Notes under the pieces: model-generated
The model's database searches: none
What the model was told of the DNA's origin: nothing
What the model saw: only the letters and a program-made list of their open reading frames with translations
Shown: one piece after another, positions 54,206 to 60,334 of the stretch
How the letters are laid out: each line of letters starts with the position of its first letter
How positions within the stretch are numbered: the first letter of the stretch is position 1
Source: Deltaproteobacteria bacterium
Lineage (GTDB): Bacteria > Desulfobacterota > Desulfomonilia > UBA1062
Assembly: GCA_029574005.1 (NCBI GenBank)
Contig: JAKQBR010000308.1
Coordinates: forward strand, 1-60,334
DNA length: 60,334 nucleotides
Direction of reading: 5' to 3'
Made by a program: the position numbers and the translations under genes

Positions 54206-55351
54206 ATGGAAAAATCGGCCTCGATGATTCTTAACGCAAGTCCGGGTCTCCAGGACACCCCCCTAAACATGCAGGCACACCCGGTTTCGCACGAACGCCT
54301 GCAGGAGCTGGCAGCGCTGGAGTCCTCCATCTTGGACGCCATCCCGCAGGCCATCGTGGGCCTGCACAACCGCCGCATCATATTCGCCAACAACGCGGTC
54401 AAGGATACGTTCGGCTGGCATCGCGATGAGCTGATCGGCCGGAGTGTGACCGTCTTTTATCGCAACAGGAAGGAATCCTCCGAGATCGCCCGCTATTTCT
54501 ATACCACCCTCGAACGCCAGCGGACCTTCGTGGTCGAGTTCCCCTGCCGCCGCAAGGACGGAGCGGACATCCTGTGCCGCATGCGGGCCGCCCGCATCGG
54601 CGAGAGACTGGTCGAGGGCCGCATCGTCATCACCTATGAGGACATCACGGTGCAGAAACGCGCCGCCCTGGAGCTCGAACGCTCGCGCGAACAGCTGCGC
54701 AGCCTCTCCGCCCACCTCCAGTCGGTGCGCGAAAAGGAAAGCACCCGCATCGCGCGCGAGATCCACGATGAGCTGGGCCAGTCGCTCACGGCGCTTAAGA
54801 TGGACGTCTCCTGGCTGACCAAGCAGCTGCCGGCCGGATGCACCGCCCTGCTCGAAAAGACGAGGCGCATGGCTCAGCTCGTGGATGCCACCATCGACAG
54901 CGTCCATCGCATCAGCACGGAGCTGCGGCCCATCATCCTGGATGATCTGGGCCTGAAGGCCGCCATGGAGTGGCAGGCCTCGGAGTTCCACCACCGCACC
55001 GGCATCCGCTGCGACATGGCGGTGGACGACGTGGATACCATCTCCAGGGAGCTGGCCACCAACCTCTTCCGCATCTTCCAGGGCACGCTCACCAACGTGG
55101 CCAGGCATGCCGGGGCCACGACGGTCAAGGTCCGCCTGAAACAAACACGCAGCGAGCTCTGTCTTAAGGTGGCCGACAACGGCAAGGGCATCACCGTTCA
55201 GCAGATCGAAGACCCCCAGTCCTTCGGGATCATGGGCATCCGCGAACGGGCCACGCTGTGGAACGGCAGCGTCCTGATCACGGGCAAGGCCAGACGCGGC
55301 ACGACCGTGACCGTCCGGATACCCCTGCCTGAGGAGTACATGCCCTCATGA
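54206..55351 (+). CDS. PAS-domain sensor histidine kinase, NarL/HisKA_3 type (381 aa)
   Basis: PAS region (ILDAIPQAIVGL...). H-box REIHDELGQSLTAL. HATPase_c region (VADNGKGI, GIMGIRERA). Confidence 0.85.
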   Translation: MEKSASMILNASPGLQDTPLNMQAHPVSHERLQELAALESSILDAIPQAIVGLHNRRIIFANNAVKDTFGWHRDELIGRSVTVFYRNRKESSEIARYFYTTLERQRTFVVEFPCRRKDGADILCRMRAARIGERLVEGRIVITYEDITVQKRAALELERSREQLRSLSAHLQSVREKESTRIAREIHDELGQSLTALKMDVSWLTKQLPAGCTALLEKTRRMAQLVDATIDSVHRISTELRPIILDDLGLKAAMEWQASEFHHRTGIRCDMAVDDVDTISRELATNLFRIFQGTLTNVARHAGATTVKVRLKQTRSELCLKVADNGKGITVQQIEDPQSFGIMGIRERATLWNGSVLITGKARRGTTVTVRIPLPEEYMPS

Positions 55352-55980
55352 TCCGCATCCTGGTGGCCGACGATCACGCCGTGGTGCGCGAGGGGGTCAA
55401 GCAGATCCTGGCTGGGCTGGATGACATGGTGGTTCAGGGCGAGGCCGCCAACGGACAGGAGACCCTGGACAAGCTGAATCAGGGCCACTACGACGTGGTC
55501 CTGCTCGACATCTCCATGCCCGGCCGCAGCGGCCTGGAGATCCTCGAAGAGATCGTGGGGCATCGCCCCCGGCTGCCGGTGCTCATCCTGAGCATGCACC
55601 CCGAGGAGCAGTATGCCGTGCGGGCGCTCAGGGCCGGCGCGGCCGGGTACCTTACCAAGGCCAGCGCCCCGCAGGAGCTGATCGGCGCCATCCGGAAAGT
55701 ATCGCGCGGCGGCAAATACGTGACCGCTTCGCTGGCCGAAAAGCTTGCCCTGGAGCTGGACCTGGGGGCCCAGAAACAGCGCCATGAGACGCTCTCCAAC
55801 CGCGAGTACCAGGTCATGCTCATGCTCGCGTGGGGGAAATCGGTGGGTGAGATCGCCTCTGAGCTGAGCCTGAGCGTCAAGACCGTGAGCACCTACCGCT
55901 CCCGCGTCATGGAAAAGATGGGCATGAAGAAGAACGCCGAGCTGACCCTGTACGCCGTAAACAATCACCTGCTCTCCTGA
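55348..55980 (+). CDS. NarL/LuxR-family response regulator (210 aa)
   Basis: Motifs RILVADDH, DVVLLDISMPG, and LSNREYQVMLMLAWGKSVGEIASELSLSVKTVSTYRSRVMEKMG. A 4-nt overlap with the kinase gene. Confidence 0.9.
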   Translation: MIRILVADDHAVVREGVKQILAGLDDMVVQGEAANGQETLDKLNQGHYDVVLLDISMPGRSGLEILEEIVGHRPRLPVLILSMHPEEQYAVRALRAGAAGYLTKASAPQELIGAIRKVSRGGKYVTASLAEKLALELDLGAQKQRHETLSNREYQVMLMLAWGKSVGEIASELSLSVKTVSTYRSRVMEKMGMKKNAELTLYAVNNHLLS

Positions 55981-56191
55981 TACAAACAGACACATCACTC
56001 ATCACCAGCAGGCTCGCCTCTCTCGCTGTAAGACAAACCCCGTCACGAGAGGGCCGGATTTTCCCACACGCAAATGGACGCTTTGCCCGATACCGCAGGT
56101 TTGAGCGCCATGCTACGTATGGTGATGATGAAAGACCGTCCAAACGAGACTCACGGGGTGATTCGATGCGCGTAAAAGGGGAGACGCTCCC

Positions 56192-58879
56192 ATGAACGGC
56201 GGTCTTCCCGCGGGACCGCCGGAGCAGGGCCTCTGGGATCCAGGGCTTTCCGATGCGCCGTCATCCGCTCACGGATCGAACATCCTGCCGGCACAAGGGG
56301 CCGAAATTATCGCGCAGGCGCTCATGGACAAACGCGGCTATCTTCTTGAGCACGAGAGCAAGGCCATCCTGGAGGGTATCGGCATAGAGACCAGCGGCGC
56401 CCTCGTGGCGGCCGATGAAGACGAAGCCGTGGCCTTGAGCCGCGCGATCGGTTATCCCGTGGTCTTGAAGATCGTCTCCCCCGACGTGGTCCACAAGACC
56501 GACGGCGGCGGGGTGAAGTTGAATCTCGTGAGCGACGAGGAGGTTCGCGTTGCCTTCCGCGCTATCATGCAGGCCTTCGCGCATGCCCGCGTCATCGGCG
56601 TCACGGTGCAGAGGATGGCCCCTCCCGGCATCGAGGCCATCATCGGCGCCACGCGCGACCCGAGCTTCGGGCATGTGCTCATGTTCGGCCTAGGCGGCGT
56701 CTTTGTCGAGATCCTGAAGGACGTGTCGTTCAGGATCCTGCCCATCACGGAAGAGAGCGCCGCTGAGATGATCGAGGAGATCAAGGGCAGCTCGCTGCTC
56801 AAGGGGTATCGCGGCCGGGGCGCCGACATCGAGGCCCTGAAAAGGCTTCTCCACAAGGTATCCCGGCTGGTGGTCGAGAACCCCTCCATCCGCGAGCTGG
56901 ACCTGAATCCGGTCTTCCTCTCCGCGGAAGGCTGCACGGTGGTGGACGCCCGCATATTCGTGGACGACGCCCCGCCGCCGCAACCGGCCCAGGCCCCCGT
57001 GGAAAGGCCGGACCTGCGCCCCCTGTTCTATCCCTCATCCATCGCCGTGCTGGGCGCCACGGACTCAATCGGCAAGCTGGGGTACAACGTCTTTCAGAAC
57101 CTCGTCTCGCATGGGTTCCAGGGCAGGCTCTACCCCGTCAATCCCGGCAGACAGAGTGTGCTGGGGGTCAGGGCCTACCGGTCGATCCTCGACATCGAGG
57201 ACACCGTGGACGCGGCCGTCATCATCGTCCCGGCCGAGGCCGTGCCTGGGGCCATCGAGGACTGCTGCGCCAAAGGCATCAAGTTCCTGATCGTCGAGAC
57301 GGCCGGGTTCGCCGAGACCGGGGAGGCCGGCAGAGAGATGCAGATGCGGATCAAGGAGATCGCCCGCCGCTCCGGCAGCCGCATCCTGGGACCCAACTGT
57401 TCGGGGATCATCAATACGCACCACCGCATGGTCCAGTCCATCGGGCTGCTGGGTCCGCTGCGCCGGGGCAACATCGGGCTCATCGCCCAGGCCGGCGTGT
57501 ATGCCGCCGGGATCCTTTCCGGCTTACGCCATGTCATCGACTTCGGCATCGTGGCCACCATCGGAAACAAGATGGACGTCAGCGAGACCGAGATCCTGGC
57601 CTATATGGGCAATGACCCCAACATCAGGGTGATCGCCCTGTACATGGAAGACGTAACCGGCGGCAAACACTTCATGCACGTCGCCGACCATGTGGCGCAG
57701 CGCAAGCCGGTCATGGCGCTCAAGACCGGACGCACCGCGGCCGGCCGGGAGGCGGTCTCATCGCATACGGCCTCGCTGGCGGGCGACGACGCCATCAACA
57801 GCGCCGCCTTCAGGCAGAGCGGGATCATCAGGGCCAGGGACAACGAGCACCTCTTCGCCCTCATGAGGGGTTTCTCCAAACAGCCGCTGCCCCAGGGACC
57901 GGGCGTCATGATCGTCACCTACACGGGCTCGCTGGGGGTGGCCGCGACCGATACGCTCTACCTGAACCATCTCAGGTTGAGCGCCTTTGAAGCCCCGGTG
58001 CAGAAGCGTCTGGCCGCATTGCTGCCCGGCTACCTGAACATCCGCAACCCGGTGGACTGCTCCTTCACCATGACGCCCGAGCAGCTCAAGGGCATCATCG
58101 AGATCGGCATCCAGAGTGAGGACGTGCACGGCTTCATCGTCATCATCCCGGGCGAAAACCTGGCATCCTTCCTGGACACCCTGGCAGGCATCGACTACCA
58201 GGGCAGGCCCATCGTCTGCGTGGTGGCCTGCAAGGAGTTCATGATCGATCAGGTCATCCTCCTGGAGCAGGCCGGCTTCCCGGTCTACTCCACCCCGGAG
58301 ATGGCGGCCGAGGTCCTGGGTGAAATGTACCGCTATGGTATGCGACGGCGTGCCACCCTTATCAAAGCCCTGGACCGCTCTCTGGCCGGCAGGTCTTTCA
58401 GCCTGGACAACCATCAGGTCAGGTTCCGGCTCCTCACGGAAGACGACATCGACTTGTGGATCGAGTTCGTGAACGGATGCTCGGCCGATTCGCTCTGGAT
58501 GCGCTTCCTCTCGCCTTTTTCCGCCACGCCGGAGAGGGCGCGGCGCTACTGCGCCGTCAACCCTGAGCAGGAATGCGCCATCTTGGCCGAGGTGATCGAG
58601 GACGGCCGCCCCAAGGCCCTCGGGATCGCCCGTTTGAGCAAGATATCCCTCCAGGACGAGGCCGAGTTCGCCGTGATCGTGGCCGACCCCTGGCAGAGAA
58701 AGACCCTGGGCAGCCTCTTATCCCAGGTGTCGGTGGAGCTGGCCAAGCAGTGGGGGGTCAAGAGCGTCATCGCCGAGACGATCTACGAAAACCACGCCAT
58801 GATCAGCATCCTGAAGCGCTGCCGGTTCAAGGTCCAGGAAAGAAACGGCAACATGTTCACCCTGTCCCTGAAGCTCTAA
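56192..58879 (+). CDS. ADP-forming acyl-CoA synthetase-like (ATP-grasp, then CoA-binding/ligase domains) fused to a C-terminal GNAT acetyltransferase (Pat-like, 895 aa)
   Basis: ATP-grasp block GYPVVLKIVSPDVVHKTDGGGVKLNL. CoA-binding block SIAVLGATDSIGKLGYNVFQNL..YPVNP. GNAT block FAVIVADPWQRKTLGSLL. Confidence 0.8.
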   Translation: MNGGLPAGPPEQGLWDPGLSDAPSSAHGSNILPAQGAEIIAQALMDKRGYLLEHESKAILEGIGIETSGALVAADEDEAVALSRAIGYPVVLKIVSPDVVHKTDGGGVKLNLVSDEEVRVAFRAIMQAFAHARVIGVTVQRMAPPGIEAIIGATRDPSFGHVLMFGLGGVFVEILKDVSFRILPITEESAAEMIEEIKGSSLLKGYRGRGADIEALKRLLHKVSRLVVENPSIRELDLNPVFLSAEGCTVVDARIFVDDAPPPQPAQAPVERPDLRPLFYPSSIAVLGATDSIGKLGYNVFQNLVSHGFQGRLYPVNPGRQSVLGVRAYRSILDIEDTVDAAVIIVPAEAVPGAIEDCCAKGIKFLIVETAGFAETGEAGREMQMRIKEIARRSGSRILGPNCSGIINTHHRMVQSIGLLGPLRRGNIGLIAQAGVYAAGILSGLRHVIDFGIVATIGNKMDVSETEILAYMGNDPNIRVIALYMEDVTGGKHFMHVADHVAQRKPVMALKTGRTAAGREAVSSHTASLAGDDAINSAAFRQSGIIRARDNEHLFALMRGFSKQPLPQGPGVMIVTYTGSLGVAATDTLYLNHLRLSAFEAPVQKRLAALLPGYLNIRNPVDCSFTMTPEQLKGIIEIGIQSEDVHGFIVIIPGENLASFLDTLAGIDYQGRPIVCVVACKEFMIDQVILLEQAGFPVYSTPEMAAEVLGEMYRYGMRRRATLIKALDRSLAGRSFSLDNHQVRFRLLTEDDIDLWIEFVNGCSADSLWMRFLSPFSATPERARRYCAVNPEQECAILAEVIEDGRPKALGIARLSKISLQDEAEFAVIVADPWQRKTLGSLLSQVSVELAKQWGVKSVIAETIYENHAMISILKRCRFKVQERNGNMFTLSLKL

Positions 58880-58926
58880 ACCCTGTTCGCACCGCGAGAT
58901 GGGCGGTAGGCGCCAGTCTCGTGCAA

Positions 58927-58962
58927 GGGGGGGATACGCCATGATCCCCCCCGCTCCTTTTT
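58927..58962 (+). terminator. Rho-independent terminator
   Basis: GGGGGGGAT (58927-58935) and ATCCCCCCC (58944-58952) form a 9-bp stem, followed by GCTCCTTTTT. Confidence 0.55.
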
Positions 58963-59132
58963 CATCCCGCAGCCGATTCAAGGTTGTACGATGGCATGGC
59001 CAGGGTTGGTCGATTCTCTCGTCAGGGGCATCCGGTTATTGCATGAACGCGGCTCGCGGCAAGAGAGTGGCGCGCCGCCATCTAAAAAAGTTGTTTCCTG
59101 CAATCTTCAGAATTTAATAGAGTATCATCTTA

Positions 59133-59161
59133 TTGATTTATTGACATTTATATTGCATTAT
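59133..59161 (+). promoter_or_regulatory. Sigma-70-type promoter candidate TTGATT-17-CATTAT in an AT-rich gap
   Basis: Read directly from the sequence. It lies ~70 nt upstream of the ATG at 59230. Confidence 0.3.
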
Positions 59162-59229
59162 TTCATGAGCCGTAGAGGCTATAAACGCATCGTGAGGCGT
59201 TTGAAAATCTTTGCGGAGGGACACCAGGA

Positions 59230-60334
59230 ATGAGCAACAGAAAACATCTCGTTATCGCTTTATCGATTATTTTGGCGTTCCTGCCGTTGCCGGGATTCGG
59301 TGCACAGGACACCGAAGAGACCCAAGCGCCGGCCTTGACGGCCGATCCTCACAACCAGTGGAGCGAGATCAATGGCGACGGTCTGTATGAGGCCGCCTGC
59401 GCCGATGGCGTGGTGATCAGGATGCGACGCTACCGGCCCACACCCGAGGCCCCATTCAGGAATGGCTGCCAGCCGGTGCTGCTCTTCCCCGGCATTCTGG
59501 AAAACATCAATCAATTCCTGCCCAGCAGCAACGCCGCCCCGGAGTGCGCCAAGCGTTACAAGGGCATGAAGCTCAGAACCCCCCTGGCCAGCTGGGCCCA
59601 GAACGACCCTTTCATCGCCGCCGATCCCATGCTCTATTTCAGCCTCGCTCAGTTCCTCTGGAATCAGGGCTATGATCCCTGGTTCGCCAATTACCGCGGC
59701 ATCGGCCGCGGGGTTTTCAAGAGCGATGGCCTTAAGGGCGACAAGGTCACGCTGGATACCTGGGCCACCCTCGACACCCCGGCCGCCATCAACAAAGTGA
59801 TCGAGGTTACCGGGCTCAAGCCCGTCATCGGCGGACACTCCACCGGCGGCCTGGTTTCCTATGCCTTCCTCCAGGGCGCCACTGTCGATCCGGATGAACT
59901 CACGGAGGCCCGCTCCGGCGGCTACAACCCGCACGTCAAGTCCGACCCAGAGCTTTCCCGACAGCGCCATATGCTGGTGCGCGGCGTCATCGCCCTGGAC
60001 CCTGCCTGCATCCCGCCCATGCCCGGCTGGGCCGACAACCGCCGATTCTGGGGCATGGCCAGCAAGCCGAGCTATTACAACCTTTCCGGCCTGGCGCATA
60101 ATCTCGACTTCATGTTGACGCAAGGCGGTGTCAATTGTATCGTCGAGTGGCTGTTCGACGGGTTTTACGACAGAAGTACCAAAAGCCAGAACTATTCCGG
60201 CACCGACGAGGCGCTGAACATCTGGAACACCCACGACAAGCATCCCAATATGAACGACTGGATCGCCTTCCATGTGCTGGAGAACTCGTATTCCTATGCC
60301 CTCGGCCAGTACCTAGACTTCGGCATCAACCAGA
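59230..60334 (+). CDS. Secreted lipase-like alpha/beta hydrolase, paralogue 3 (5' partial; runs off the window end)
   Basis: Hand translation: MSNRKHLVIALSIILAFLPLPGFGAQD...DGVVIRMRRYRPTPEAPFRNGCQPVLLFPGI...VIGGHSTGG...PHVKSDPELSRQRHMLVRGVIALDP. RBS GGAGGG. It is absent from the ORF track because it has no stop; the 59260-60273 minus ORF is its antisense shadow. Confidence 0.8.
   Translation, partial: MSNRKHLVIALSIILAFLPLPGFGAQDTEETQAPALTADPHNQWSEINGDGLYEAACADGVVIRMRRYRPTPEAPFRNGCQPVLLFPGILENINQFLPSSNAAPECAKRYKGMKLRTPLASWAQNDPFIAADPMLYFSLAQFLWNQGYDPWFANYRGIGRGVFKSDGLKGDKVTLDTWATLDTPAAINKVIEVTGLKPVIGGHSTGGLVSYAFLQGATVDPDELTEARSGGYNPHVKSDPELSRQRHMLVRGVIALDPACIPPMPGWADNRRFWGMASKPSYYNLSGLAHNLDFMLTQGGVNCIVEWLFDGFYDRSTKSQNYSGTDEALNIWNTHDKHPNMNDWIAFHVLENSYSYALGQYLDFGINQ

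Noticed and set aside
59260-60273. The 337-aa minus-strand ORF offered by the track at the window end.
   Set aside because: The plus strand encodes a clear third lipase paralogue from 59230 (signal peptide, GGHSTGG). It has no stop within the window and so was not listed. The minus ORF is its shadow.
1-60334. Search for CRISPR arrays, tRNA/rRNA genes, transposases, integrases and known defence-system genes.
   Set aside because: I saw no regularly spaced direct repeats and no tRNA-like T-arm/acceptor signatures. I saw no transposase, recombinase, nuclease or helicase motifs. The only repeats are short REP-like palindromes (33913, 34187, 36801).

Overview
This is a GC-rich bacterial chromosomal segment with about 50 protein genes. 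I saw no rRNA, tRNA, CRISPR array, transposase or phage genes. The gene content suggests a strict anaerobe that uses the Wood-Ljungdahl pathway, possibly Desulfobacterota-like; that taxonomic guess is inference only. The window falls into three blocks.

(1) 138-18598: an accessory-looking locus for a hydrophobic substrate.
- It encodes a FadL/TodX-like outer-membrane barrel and two large orphan lipoproteins.
- It has three tandem phytoene-desaturase/RetSat-superfamily flavoenzymes, interleaved with two conserved microproteins absent from the ORF track.
- It also has a wHTH/poly-Cys/ferredoxin protein and a TetR regulator made of two fused TetR units.
- A divergent operon carries two more FAD oxidoreductases and a lipoprotein that aligns by eye with plant violaxanthin de-epoxidase (VDE).

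(2) 19285-37354: small housekeeping and signalling genes, then a carbonyl-branch Wood-Ljungdahl cluster.
- The signalling genes are a Zn-ribbon protein, a flavin reductase, a CheY-CheX fusion, a PilZ protein, a TerB protein and a GcvR-like ACT protein.
- The cluster order is fhs, cooC, a MetE/MtaA-like methyltransferase, a second cooC, cooS, an acsB-acsD fusion and acsC, followed by greB.
- Three oddities stand out: fhs carries one in-frame TAG; acsB and acsD are fused through a linker built from intergenic-type repeats; no acsE is present.

(3) 37441-60334: a second accessory lipid-type block.
- It holds three paralogous secreted lipase-like alpha/beta hydrolases; the last is on the plus strand, runs off the window, and is missing from the ORF track.
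- It holds three more FAD oxidoreductases, an SDR, a PhlG-like C-C hydrolase lipoprotein, and an orphan HATPase next to tandem PAS paralogues.
- It also holds a NarL-type two-component system and an ADP-forming acyl-CoA synthetase/GNAT fusion.

The most interesting signal is the combination of 8 CrtI/RetSat/amine-oxidase-type flavoenzymes, a bacterial VDE homologue, a porin, lipoproteins and lipases, with no carotenoid biosynthesis core. This suggests an undescribed uptake and transformation system for carotenoid-like or polyene lipids. All domain calls come from reading motifs by eye; no searches were run.
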